From Octopus bimaculoides (Eukaryota), in NCBI RefSeq assembly GCF_001194135.2, contig NC_068981.1, positions 61,992,801 through 62,032,412 of the forward strand: a stretch of DNA of 39,612 nt. Direction: 5' to 3'. The notes below the pieces were generated by a model, which worked only from the letters and a program-made list of their open reading frames with translations, was not told the DNA's origin and made no database searches. This document shows, piece after piece, positions 11,503 to 23,632 of the stretch. Every line of letters begins with the position of its first letter. Position 1 is the first letter of the stretch. The translations under genes were made by a program, and so were the position numbers.

Positions 11503-12501
11503 GATATACGACTTTCAAATGTATAACATAAGTTCTCTCTACGTATTTAAGGTTAAATTACTGTCGTAATATGAGGTTTTTCCATTTAATTTAATATAAC
11601 TTTCCTCCATTTAAGGCGACTATCAGTATTGGAAATCTAAATATTAAACGGATGTTACATTGTAAAGATGTAGTAAAAGAGGAATCTTTAAAATTTTAAA
11701 TGTCAAACTTCTATATCCACTACGTAAAGATATTTCAAAATATGATTCAGAATGAGGATAAATGAAATATACTTAGCTGACATTTCGTTCAACATGGTAT
11801 TTTCATTAATTGAATTTGTGAGATATATTTTGCAATATGGCACTGCCGAGATTTGATAAAGGTGGTACACCACAAACGTTTATTCTACCATTTTTTGTTT
11901 AAATAAGAATATTATAGTTTTTTTGCAACATTGAAAAAAAAGAACACTTGTTGAAGTATACTGCTACAATACACTTCACAAGTAATGGTGTAAATAATAC
12001 TAACCGAAATATAAACAAGTACAAGTCTTTACAATTCTAAATTATATTACAGCACTTCAGGTTTCAAAACCCATTATTTAGAGAAAAATAAAACTCATAC
12101 AAGTTGCTTGCTACAGAGAAGACAGTTTTTCAGATGTTTGTATCTATCGGCATGCTTGGACAAGTGCAAATTAGAAAACAATGTAGTTGCCAATAAACAC
12201 CACTTAGTTCATTACTGTTCATTAGAATCGAAATAGTCTTCTGACTCAGCTAGCCACTTTAATGCTCCATTAAATAGCACATTGCGTACTTGACAAGAAT
12301 GATAATGATGATTAGTTTGCCACACTTGCAAATGATGGTCTGCATAAAGGTGAGGATGCTGGTGATAGTAATGCTACTGGTGATGAAGATTATCAGTAAG
12401 ATCTAGAGTAGTAGGAATAGGAGAAAGAGTAGTAGAAGTAGGATTGAGAGTGAACGAAATGTAGAAATTCTCAGTAACTGGCAATTTTTCGTATTCTTTT
12501 A

Positions 12502-12888
12502 CGTATGTATGTATGTATGTATGTATGCATGTATGTATGTATGTATGTACGTGTGTATGCATGTATGTATGTATGTATGTATGTATGCATTCATGTATGT
12601 ATGCATTGATAGATAGATGAATGGATGGATTCTGTAAAGAAAATAAGTAAAATAAATGAACTAAGCGTACATACACAAGGTATGTGAATGTCGTGGTTTT
12701 GCAAATAAACAAGTTTAGATAACATATATCACAATTATTTTCCATCAAATACAGATTAAGAATTTTTAATGTTACAGGTTTCAATGCTTAAACGAATTGG
12801 CTGTACAGAGGTATAGGGATATCAATAGATAGATAGATAAATAAACAGAGACAGACAGACGGACAGGTAGACAGACAGACAGACATAG

Positions 12889-12968
<80 letters not shown>
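12502..12968. repeat. (ATGT)n (12502-12605) and (GACA)n/(GATA)n (12825-12968) microsatellites
   Basis: Direct reading. These explain the HTYI and YLSI ORFs in the track. Confidence 0.95.
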
Positions 12969-13102
12969 GGACAGACTAACCGCAACAAACCATATCACAG
13001 ACTAAACTATATTATTTTGATTCTTTCCAGAGATAAGTTAACGAAAATACACGATTCCAACATTAACACATACACACACGCACTCACACACATACTCACA
13101 CA

Positions 13103-13238
13103 CCCAATTACTTCGAGTTGTGCAATATTATACGGCACGGACAAAGATGTATACCAAATGATTGCTATTTTTAAAATATCGACATTTACAGAAAGGAACA
13201 CAAAGGAATGTCTCTTTATTTTACACGATTAATTCAAT
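13103..13238 (+). repeat. ~135-bp direct repeat, copy 1
   Basis: Matches 14369-14503. The last 99 bp (13140-13238 vs 14405-14503) are identical; the first part has 3 substitutions and 1 indel. Confidence 0.95.
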
Positions 13239-13769
13239 GTTGTTAGGAATATACAAACACACATGTATATGTTGATATGTAGTAGATATATATATATATA
13301 TATATATAAATCCTTAGACTGACACAATTGATGGATAATTTTAATCGTTTTCCAAACCTTATTGGGTCTTCAACATAGTTGTCTACATCATTTTAACCAA
13401 TACGGGAAAAAGAAGCAACCATTGAATTTTTTTTGTGTCTACATAAACTGAATAACTACGGAAAACTGGAGCTATTAATTTGCATACCGTCAGTATTTAA
13501 CACTGTATTTAATATCAATACCCTGACAACGGGGATCACATTCTACACAATATCAACGTAGAATATATATAATCTATGCAGTAGATATATAAACGGTAAA
13601 TTTAACTATTTCTCTATAGATTGAAAAAAAATGAACAATCTGTAATTGATTTTCGAACCTTACGAGATTCTCATCAATGATATATCATCACCTTGACCTA
13701 GGTCAATGTATGCATACGTATGCGTGTATGTGTGTGTAATTGTGTGTATGTGTGCATGTATTTGTTTTC

Positions 13770-13970
13770 GGTTTGTTTTTTTCCCACGCACACTCAGCTT
13801 GTGAAGTGGCGTCGTTTTGTGTACATCCTCGTAACTTAGAAGAGCGTCTGAATATTAAATTTGAGATTAAATTCTTGACTTAAAAATGTAGGTACTTTAG
13901 TGGGTTTGTCTGACTAACCCTTGATGGTAGTATCCTAGGATGCCAATACTATGAAACAAGTAAAAGATGA
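13770..13970 (+). mobile_element. Degenerate 3' half of a SINE (family of 15503-16295)
   Basis: Follows a GT-rich tract; contains cgtaacttag, tttgtctgactaa and terminal tgaaacaagtaaaaga, as at 16065-16295. Confidence 0.5.
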
Positions 13971-14060
13971 TCAATATTAAATGAATATCTATAAATCTCT
14001 CTTTACATTCATTTATCTAATCTGGTTATGTAGTAAAAACTATGAAAACTATTAAACACA

Positions 14061-14289
14061 GGTCGCCGTTTTAACACTGTTGTCGAGTTTGAGAGCGAAT
14101 CGCAGAACGTCCTCGACTCTATTACGGAAAATCACTTCCATGTCGGATTCCAACACAAGCAGAAACGCTGTAATGGGTGTGTTGCTGCAGAAGGTGTCTA
14201 TTTCAGAGGAGATTATGTTAAAACTTTGGTAAATAAGTTATTTTTTTCTTAAACATAACAAGTCCGGGAATTGTTCATACCATCTCGTA
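14061..14289 (+). mobile_element. Mariner transposase C-terminus plus 3' TIR
   Basis: GRRFNTVVEFESESQNVLDSITENHFHVGFQ..QKR...CVAAEGVYFRGD (consensus like GRRF..VEEI..ES..VL...FQ..FQ.W..RW..C....G.YFEGD), followed by TIR-like aagtccgggaattgttcataccatctcgta ending in TA. Confidence 0.85.
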
Positions 14290-14368
14290 CATTCACTATT
14301 TATCATAGGTGAAATGCACCAACGCATTTTATAGGGATATGTGCATATACCATTTGTGCCGATAACTT

Positions 14369-14503
14369 CCCATTACTTCGAATTGTGCAATATTATACGA
14401 CACTGACAAAGATGTATACCAAATGATTGCTATTTTTAAAATATCGACATTTACAGAAAGGAACACAAAGGAATGTCTCTTTATTTTACACGATTAATTC
14501 AAT
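14369..14503 (+). repeat. ~135-bp direct repeat, copy 2
   Basis: See 13103-13238. Confidence 0.95.
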
Positions 14504-14919
14504 AGATATATTCTGGATGAAAAATGAATGACAGACAAGTTGTAATGATATTATTGTCAGTTTAAATCAATCTGATTAAACATATCATTCAGCGGTAATA
14601 TATCATTTTGTGTGCATAACATAAAGTTATTATATGCTGGTATAATGAGCTATCGTATAGAAGATAATATAGAAACAGTACACTTGTATAGACCTTTAAC
14701 ATAATGAATAAGCAGGTATTATAGGAGGTTTTGCTAAGCTTGGCTGATTAATACATATCGTGAGCATAAGGTCTTTTCAAGATGACATGGTCACATTTCT
14801 TATAGGTGGAGGGCATCTTTCTTTCAGAATCTTCTAGAGTGGAAAATGGTGTGAAGTAGAGAGATATTTTTGAACCGATGATATACGCTACGTACGTTTA
14901 GATTACAAATGCATTCCAA

Positions 14920-15500
14920 GATTACGGAGAATGTGTATATATCCATTATAAAAGTACCGGAAAGGTTGTCAACAAATGCAAAGACGTTTACTTTCCTAAT
15001 AAGACATCCATTGTATGCAGGTGTCATGCTGCTACTAGATCTTTAGATTCACAATGCGTTTGTATAAACCTATTATTAGATTTGAACCAGCTTTCAACTC
15101 ATGAACGAGAGTTTTTTCTTCAAAACAGAGAATTGTTTGTTGCAGAAAAAATTACATATCTTCGAAGTGTGCTGAATTATGTTGCTTCCTTAGATAGTGA
15201 AGTAGGGAACCGTCTTCAAAAAGATTCACAGGCTTTCAAGAATCGTGAAGGTGCAATCCCATGATCATTCGTAACCATGGAAGATATTACCAAAGTCGCA
15301 AAGGTTGCAGTATATATGACTTGCGTTATTTCGTCCCTTCTTTACTCATGTAGGAAATGGATAGACTATAGGAAGCACCTCAAATTACTAGAGTGATTTC
15401 ATCAGCGATCTTTGGGTTCTATAAGGAAATTCAAATGAGTTCACAAAATACCGAATTCTGAAGTACTTAAGTCGGCATGTGTGGATGACATTGAAACTCA
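14920..15500 (+). mobile_element. RTE-clade LINE RT fragment
   Basis: ECVYIHYKSTGKVVN, EKITYLRSVL..ASLDSEVGNRLQKDSQAF, AKVAVYMTCVISSLLYSC..W..YRKHLKLLE*FHQR, KIPNSEVLKSA. Confidence 0.85.
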
Positions 15501-15502
15501 AA

Positions 15503-15981
15503 TTAACCTACATGGTTCAGCGTTGAGTCCCATCGTGAGGCATCTCGGATCCATGCCTTCTACCGTAGCCTCGGGAAGACCAAAACGTAAATTTGAACGT
15601 AAATTTGCTAGACAGAAACTGCTAGAAGCTCACCGTATATATAGAAGACCTCTTCGGTCACGAATGACCATGAGATTGTACCTAGAAAGTTACCCTCCGA
15701 GGCACAAGTCCGGGCAAGGTTGTTTGTGGAAGGCCAGCAGTCGCTCAAGCATACCTCGCCTCCCCTCTCCACACCACTGATGCTATACAAGGGAAAGGCA
15801 AAGTGACGTCGCAACTCCTTTCTACAGGTGAGTTAACAGGAGCAACGTGAAATAAAGTGTCTTGCTTAAGAACACAACACGCAGCGCGGTCTGGGAATCG
15901 AACTCAACAACCTCACGACCGTAAGCTCGACGCTCCAACTACTGAGCCATGTGGCTTCACACCGTATATATACATATATAC

Positions 15982-16059
<78 letters not shown>

Positions 16060-16295
16060 GTATGTATGTCTTTGAATCTATGTTCCTGCCCCCGCTACCG
16101 TTTGACAAGCAGTGGAGGTCTGTTTACGTTTCTGTAAACTAGCATTTGGGCAAAATTGTCCAATAGAATATGTATTAGACTTTAGGGAAAATAAGTCCGG
16201 AGGTTGATTTGTTCGATTAAAATCCTACAAGGCTGTGCCCTACCATCGCCGCAGTGAATTGCGTGAAACAAGTAAAGGATAAAAAGTATATGTAT
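15503..16295 (+). mobile_element. tRNA-derived SINE with internal microsatellite (host element), split by a nested SINE
   Basis: 5' part 15503-15643 (acatggttcagcgttgagtccc ... tagcctcggg ... tagacagaaactgctagaagc). 3' part 16065-16295 (gtttgacaa, tgtttacg, aataagtcc, gatttgttcgattaa, tgaaacaagtaaagg). Recalled as the two halves of one common octopod SINE. Confidence 0.7.
15644..15959 (-). mobile_element. Near full-length tRNA-head SINE with 13-bp TSD
   Basis: Minus strand has A box tggctcagtag, B box gttcgattccc and a CORE-like tgttcttaagcaagacacttta. Flanked by caccgtatatata at 15631-15643 and 15960-15972. Confidence 0.9.
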
Positions 16296-16774
16296 GCAGC
16301 GGCTGGATAGTATTTAGTCATAGATCTCTTAATTTTCTCGTATCTGGGCAAAACTACAACGACGTCATATTTTTGAAAATTATTATTCAAGTAATATCTA
16401 GTATAGTTTATATGAAAATTAAATCCTAAGTCAATTGTAATTGTTTATTCATTTCATAGATCGTAGGAATGGAGACTTCGGAGGATTAAGTATGTGGCAC
16501 GTAGCTAAATGCTGATCTATGAGGGATTATTATAAATCCACTTAATTGTAAATGATAAATAGGAATATAAAATGACTCGAATACTCAAGGTATAAATATT
16601 GTACACATCTCGTACGTTAATCAAAGATGATTTCAGTGATATTAAATCTTAGAAAAATATAAAACAGTTAAAAGCCTACCTTTAATTACACGTACAAAAG
16701 CACACATACATTCATACTACATGCATGCATGTTTCTCTATATGTATGTGTTCTCGCCTTAACTTCTATCTTTCT

Positions 16775-17225
16775 GTAACGAAAGAACATCTACCAGATGT
16801 ACTTGCCGTATGTCGTTGATGAGCGAAGTTGCAATAAGAGCAACAGTACAGTCTGATATACCGGTGCGCCCACAGACAGAAGCTAGTTCTGGGAATTTCA
16901 TTCGTTTTATTGGTGTTTTTAAACTTATATTTTTGCTGACGTCTTATGGTTTCATGGAAAATGGAATTTAAAAATCTTCATCTTCGGCTGCTCATCCATT
17001 TCCAGATTCATTGCTTGATGGAAACGCTATCAATGCAGAATCCTTTGGTGATGTAGAAGGGTGACCGTGATCTGGCCGATTGTTTCTAATCAACCTCTCA
17101 ACGGTCTGTTTGGATTCTGCTTGATTTATTCCGTTCATTTATTCGGTTTGACCGTTGACCTTGTAAATTTTTTTTGTCTCTACTACAACTGCCGTTTTAA
17201 AAGGAGTTGTACTTGCAACAGGAAA
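16775..17225 (-). mobile_element. hAT-superfamily (hATm-like) transposase N-terminal fragment
   Basis: ISCCKYNSF*NGSCSRDKK (recalled motif DI..CKC..F..C.C...K) and MKFPELASVCGRTGISDCTVALIATSLINDI...KDRS (recalled motif LA.ACDR.GVSDR.AA.IA...L.D...IDRSK). Family name from memory. Confidence 0.55.
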
Positions 17226-17428
17226 TGTCAAATAAATATTCTGTTGCATTGTGTTTAAACACATTACACTGTGTTTGAAGGGATGAAGCATTTTTTCTAT
17301 TTTTTACAGATTTTTGTAATGCTTGGCATTTTAGATAAAAGTTTAAGATTTTCGATTTAACTGACTAAAAGTGAAGAAAATAAAGAAAATAAAATGTAAA
17401 GGCGAAGTAATACTTAGTGGTAAACACA

Positions 17429-17429
<1 letters not shown>

Positions 17430-17471
<42 letters not shown>

Positions 17472-17875
17472 TTGAAATTTATAGAAAAACAAAAGGCAGG
17501 TGTGTAAACAACAGGCAAGTGTATTAGTCTGACACTCGGGAAAAATGAAAACGTATTTTACGTTTCTAACCTACGCTCTTCAACATAAATGAATAAAAGA
17601 AAATAAACAGAGTGGGAATGAAAAACGAATTGCAAGTTTCAACTGTCCAGCATAGCGAATGATTGGGAAAAAAAGAGGTTGAAAGAAAGGGAGATAATAA
17701 TAAAAGAGGTCGAATGGAAGGAAGATAATAAAGTGCTAGTCATCCCGACAAGACAAGGTGCGCGTACGTGTGTGTGTGTGTGTGTGTGTGTGTGAATTGT
17801 GTGAGTGTGTGCGTGTGTGTGTGTGTGAATAGGTGCGATTGATTCTAACGTGTGTGAGTGTGTACGTGTGTGTCT
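17430..17875. repeat. (GT)n tracts (17430-17470, 17765-17875) around a dispersed-repeat fragment (17470-17600)
   Basis: Direct reading. 17470-17600 resembles a recalled common octopod repeat end and contains a hammerhead-like motif on the minus strand. Confidence 0.7.
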
Positions 17876-17877
17876 AA

Positions 17878-20800
17878 AGGCATCAACTTGCTCCTCCAGG
17901 TGCCGAGTTGCAAGCCAACTGATTTTCCCCGATTAATATTTGCACCTGCCACCGTCTCGTAAACCTCAATGGCCTCTCTTATCCTCTGTAGGTGCTCCAT
18001 TTTGGTCATGATGACGGTGATGTCATCCGCATAAGCTGAAACTGACTCTCCAATTTATGGCTCTCTCGGGATGTTATTAATACATCAATGCCCCAACAGT
18101 GTTATTCATTTTCTGTGACAGGTCCAGTTTGTAAATCCAAGGTCAAAGACCAATAAAATTGCGTATATTAATTCCGGAGTATATTAGAAATACATTAAGA
18201 ATGAAGTTGCATTAGCAATGATTTATTTAGCTTATGCATGTTTCGAATGAGCTGGCATGACTCAAGTATTGCACACTGCAATATGCATATTTAAGTGATC
18301 CTTCATTTTTTTGACTAAAACTTCGGCAGTAACGGCTCAAGAGCCATCACGTACAGAAGCGGTGAGAGTGAACACTCTTGGTGAGCCGAGCGCTTGAACC
18401 AGAGTGGTTTTGACAGGAAACCTTTCAACCGAACGATCGAGTCGATGTTGTCATACAATAGAATTATCTACCCACGGAAGCCAAGACTCAGGCCGAACTG
18501 CGTAAGAGCAGACACCAAGTAACGATGGTCAACGCTATCAAATACTTTAGATTGGTCTAAATAGACCAATGCCCCAACCTTGCCAGATTTATTGGCAACC
18601 CCCTCTGAGGTGTAGGGTAGAAGGTGGAGATTGTCCTGAATGCCTCTGCCGGGAATGGCACATGTCTGTGCCTACCCGATCAGACCATCCGCGACATGCG
18701 CCAACCTTTTTGCTTGCACCTTGACCAAAATCTTCACCTCTGAATTTAGCAGAGTGATGGGACTGAAATTATCTATACAGTCGCCCTTGTCCGGGTCCTT
18801 TCTGATGAGGTCACCACTCCCGGGCGCACACGTTTGGGAAGGAACCCATTCGGTTGCCAGTTCGTGTACACACTGGCCAGCAGAGACCCGAACAAGTCTG
18901 GCATACTCTTATATAACTCATAGCGTAGACCATCGATTCCCAGTGTCTTACCTACGCCACAGTCTGCCATAGTCCCTATCACCTTCTCAAGTGCGATCGG
19001 CCCTTCACAAGACTCCGCATTCCGCCCCGAGAGGCGCGGTAGCCCGGCAAAGAAGTCCGCTCGGTCCCTCCTACTATCCGGTCCATCGCTCCTCCCCTCC
19101 CACCGAAAATCTGGGCGAAGTGCTCCTGAAAGGCCTCACGCATCTCCTCGAGATCGTTTATCAACGATCGAACTGTGGAATCATTTCCACGTTGGGCTTC
19201 CACCACTCGGGCCCATCCAACGACCTTGTTTCCCTCGCAACCCACTGCAAGAAGTCTAGCCCTGACAATGCACCCCATGGGATTGACTTCGAGGTGCCGG
19301 TTTAGTTCCAGTCTTATGGCCTTCACTTGAGTTGCACTGCAAGTCTTCATAGCTTCCTCTAATGCCTTAACTGAACCCTTTTCTTTTTTGCGTTCACTAG
19401 CCATTAAATCTATGCTATATCTAAGACTCAAATTTAATAGCTCGCTTGAGGGCATATTACTATTTGTTATTAATGATGGATCCTGTTAATGCCCTCTGTA
19501 TTAACAACTTAATCTGCTTTCTATACTCATCAATAGCCAAAAAGGAAATATTGAGTTTCCAGTAGCCAGATCCTTGACTATACATCTTATCTAGATTCAA
19601 CTTGTGATCACTGTAGCTGACCGGATAAAACTGTGGACACTTAGCTAAACTCTTATATGTTTTTCTAATTAAAATCCATGTATGACTTGGAAAACCTCTC
19701 GCTATTTGACCATCTCCACAATGGTGATTTCGGGTGTTCCATCCTATATGGATCTGCCACCTGAAAATGACTGAGCAGTTCCCAGAAACCAGAATTACTT
19801 TGTCCTATCTGGTCTCGAGCCAACACAATCTACACGTGCATCACAGATTATGTAAAGTCTCCTAATAAACCTAGTGGATGTGACGTACCCAGAAACTTTT
19901 CTAGGTCATGAAAATACTCACTTTGACCGGAATAGGGTGCATAAATCGCAAACAGCCTGATCGTTTTGCCACAGCTGAATGTCTAGTCCATAACGACCAG
20001 CTTACCTTCTGGATCATAAAAAATTAACCTTTTCTCTGAAACCCGGCTTCTTTTTAATGGGACCAACACCCCACTTCCGCCCGCTGGTCGACTTGGAGAA
20101 ATAAATTTCTCGTGGCCCCTCAGCTGCAGGAGCAGATCTCTTGGTCTCTTTAAGCGGGTTTCAGTAGCAACAATTACATCCAAATTCCATGACCTGATGT
20201 CATTTAGGAAGCGCCCTCGCTTCCAACTCGACGACAGGCCACGTACATTCAAACAACCAATGTGAACTGCCATAAAACTCTTACTTTTTTACTCAGGGGT
20301 GAGGGATAGAGAAGACTCCATTTCTTATTTTCTGGGTTCGTGGGATTGGAGCAGGTAGAACCTCAAAAATTGTAGATGTAAAATCCTTATGCAGAGGGCC
20401 TACATCTTTTCGAAAGTCATTACTTAAAATCATCTTTTCGAAAGTCATTACTCTGGTTGTTTCAGTCTATTTGGTATATATCATAGTTTAAGTAATTGCT
20501 CGACAGTTCGGTCATTCATTTGGCAGTCTTTATGACTTTCAAACGATTTATTGATTAATTATTATCCCTTTTGACAGCTACCAAGTTTTCTTCATCAGCC
20601 GCTGTTTTATTTTTATTTATTTGTTTATTTATTTATTTATTTAATTATTTGTTTATTTATTTATTTATTTATTTATTTATTTCTTGTCAGTTGCTGCTGC
20701 TTTTGGTATGGCAGTTCGGTGAATTTTTCTTTTACTGCCTTCTTGGCTGCTGCCTTCTGCTTCTGTTTTTTTTTTCTTCCCACTCTTCCTCTTCTTCTGC

Positions 20801-21400
20801 TGGGGGTGGGTCGCGCTCCGCACGTCTATGCCCTAACATGCCGCAATTAAAACACCGCGGTTTGCGGCCTTCCACGAACACAAGGTTTTTCTTCCCCTAT
20901 TCCAATTGATTCGGGGATTTCTTCCAGTGTTTGCGGTTCTGTTTCTATTATCATATTTAACGTCTGACCTTGCGAGTTTTGCTTCTCTGTGACCGACGCT
21001 AGGAGGAGTGTAATCTTCTCCTCCATGTCCATCGGCACCGCCGCCACCAAACAAGTCGTGTCCACTTCTGGTGGGATTCTTGCAATTCATGCTTGGGAGC
21101 AGGACCATTTCTGTTTTAAGAGTTTCGATGGAATGGGTCTGTACTTTTATTTATTTCACTCCTCATTCTTACTTCAACAGTACCGATTTTTTTACACCAG
21201 GTAATGTACTCAATGTCTTTCCATATCGTTTTCAAGCATTTCTCAATAGTTTCTTCTTGCATTCTTCCACTTGCGTGTGTTTTTGCTTGCTCAAACGGTG
21301 AAAAAACAGCTGATGTTAGTTTTAATACGTCCTCATAACGTAGCCTCTCGACAACTGTATGTGATGTTATAAATATCAGTACAATAAGTACTGGTGTCAA
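17878..21400 (-). mobile_element. L1/Tx1-type LINE: ORF1, APE and RT; decayed and missing its 3' end
   Basis: ORF1 (ETIEKCLKTIW..IEYI..GTVEVRM; VDTTCLVAAV). APE (MAVHIGCLNVRGL..LDVIVATETRL). RT: LGIDGLRYELYKSMPDLFG, VYLDQSKVFDSVDHRYL, SLSPLLYVMALEPLL, SAYADDITV (YADD at 18022-18033), YETVAGANIN. Confidence 0.92.
20605..20682. repeat. (TTTA)n microsatellite inside the Tx1 ORF1 region
   Basis: Direct reading. Confidence 0.9.
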
Positions 21401-22129
21401 TTAGCTCCACTAAAATCTAAAGGAGAGGAACCTTTGGTCTGGATGTCAAGAGGAAAGTGGAATCTCAACTCTAGAAGTCGTCGTAGATTGAAACAAATAC
21501 TAAGTTAACAGTGATAGTTAACTGAACATTAGTATTTTGACGAGCGGGAACTTGGTTAGTGAGAATCTGCCGGTTATATCTGCGTGCACATACTCCCGTA
21601 CATACTCTCCTACTTACATTCTTCTATACGCATAGCACAAATTGCTCTCTCCACACTGACCCAAATGTGCATATATCTACATGACCAAGCATGCATATTA
21701 ACACGTCTACGAAACTTATTGAAAGTACTAATATGCGCCAACATCTTACAAACGTCCATAATATATATCAAATCCAGTTTATATAGACATTTTTATTCAT
21801 TTTGCACATGTGGGTGACCCTTAAATGATATTAGAAATGATTTGCAAAATATATAGTCTATTGTAGAACTAGGTCGTAACACAAAGAAATCGCCGTTCAT
21901 GTCGATACGCGACTTAGAATAAATTCTGACACCTGAATTGTGAGTAAATGAAAATATTCAGAGACTGACACTAGTATATACAAACGTGTTGTGTTGAAAA
22001 GGAAGTGACGAGAAAATTTAGATCAATATATTTAGTAATTTTTTTCTTAATCAAACAAGGCAATCTTAATATTATTTCCTGGTAAATTGCAACCCTTTGT
22101 GTATTTTTTCATGTTTATAAGCATAAAAG

Positions 22130-22240
22130 TATATATGAAAGCCTCAACGGCCTGATTAACACGACTGAAAATCACAATAGGTTGTGCAACATATGTTTTA
22201 TCACAGCAAGAACAAATTAGTTTCGAAAAATCTACAGACA
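22130..22240 (-). mobile_element. Possible very degenerate GIY-YIG (Penelope-like) fragment
   Basis: SKLICSCCDKTYVAQ..FSRVNQ loosely resembles Y.I.C..C...YVGQT...R..H. Short match only. Confidence 0.3.
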
Positions 22241-23274
22241 CGTATTTTTATTTCGACATTCTTCATATTTAGTTTAAAGTAAAATAGATAATTACTTACA
22301 GTGGCAGATTTTAAAATATTTCATTATTTCCTCTATCATGCACTTCTATAAATACAACTAGATAATTTTTAAAAAAAGAAAGACAAGTATGCATAGAAAT
22401 CTGTTTCCCGTTTGTATAAATGCAAACCATACAAAATGACGTATTTCTTGGTATAAAATCATAGAAACTCGTCTCTCCCGGATCCTTTTCTTTTAGTTTT
22501 TGTTAAAGACACACAAACACACGCATACACGCACACATATATATATATATATATATTCACACACACATGCACGCACGCACACACATGCATCCCCCCATAC
22601 ATCACACAGACACACCCACACACACGCACAAGCATCCCCCATACACCACACACACCTATCATGTCTTATTTCTGTATATATTCAAAAATATTGTACAGTA
22701 TCATTTTCTAAAGAAAGGCGGCATGATTAGTGAGTAATATAGTTGCTACTTCGAATGATTTGAATGATGGTGATTCATGTAAAGGTAGGTAGATTATTTA
22801 GGAATCGTTTATTAGGTAGTGAGAAATGAGTCGATCAATGCTTTGGTTATATAAATATTAATATAAACATAACCAATATAATATATACTTATTTAATCTC
22901 GCATTTTCGTTGGTATGCATACATCGCCATTCTTCATACTTACATTTGTGCTCGTAGCTGTGTAATTTTTAACGAGTTGGAGATTTTACATCCAGACACT
23001 AAAAGAATCTTGTAAGGAGTGATGCTACTTTTCGAAAAATCCCAGCTCTGAAATCCATTCGATTCAGTCGAAATATCTTAGTGTAAAAACTTCGGATTTA
23101 TGGAGGTATAAAAGCCTTCTAAGCTGCACAATTTGAAAAGAAAGAGAACATACAAAACAGGAGAGAATAATAAAATATCGCTACCATATCGACAGTTCGT
23201 AGATTACGCGCCACTAAATAAATTAGGCAGCACGAAATAATACTCATCTGTGATTTTTATGATATTTATGATAC

Positions 23275-23342
23275 TCTCTCTCTCTCTCTCTCTCTCTCGC
23301 TCTCTCTCTCTCCCTCTCTCTCTATCTCTCTCTCTCTCTCTC
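23275..23342. repeat. (CT)n microsatellite
   Basis: Direct reading. Confidence 0.95.
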
Positions 23343-23590
23343 GAATTATAATTGGAAACTCTGAAACTCTATAGTAAAGTTTAATTCATGACGCCATTTT
23401 GAATGTTCACCTACTTATGGAAATCAAATGAACCGAATGTACTTTTCTTATAGTTACACATAGATATAGTACATATAAATATGGATACATCAAAAATATA
23501 CCATAGAAATATTACTATTACTGTTGTTATTATTTTTTATTTTACACATATATAAATATTATATATACATATATATATATATATTCGAGA

Positions 23591-23632
<42 letters not shown>

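Noticed and set aside
15880-15960. tRNA gene (also 8036-8104)
   Set aside because: A and B boxes are present, but the acceptor stem is not convincing and the sequence continues into a repeat body; 15644-15959 also has a TSD.
16810-16846. Hammerhead-like tgatga-gc-gaa-gttgc..gcaac
   Set aside because: Lacks the conserved A15.1-U16.1 pair and stem II, and lies within the hAT-like coding remnant.
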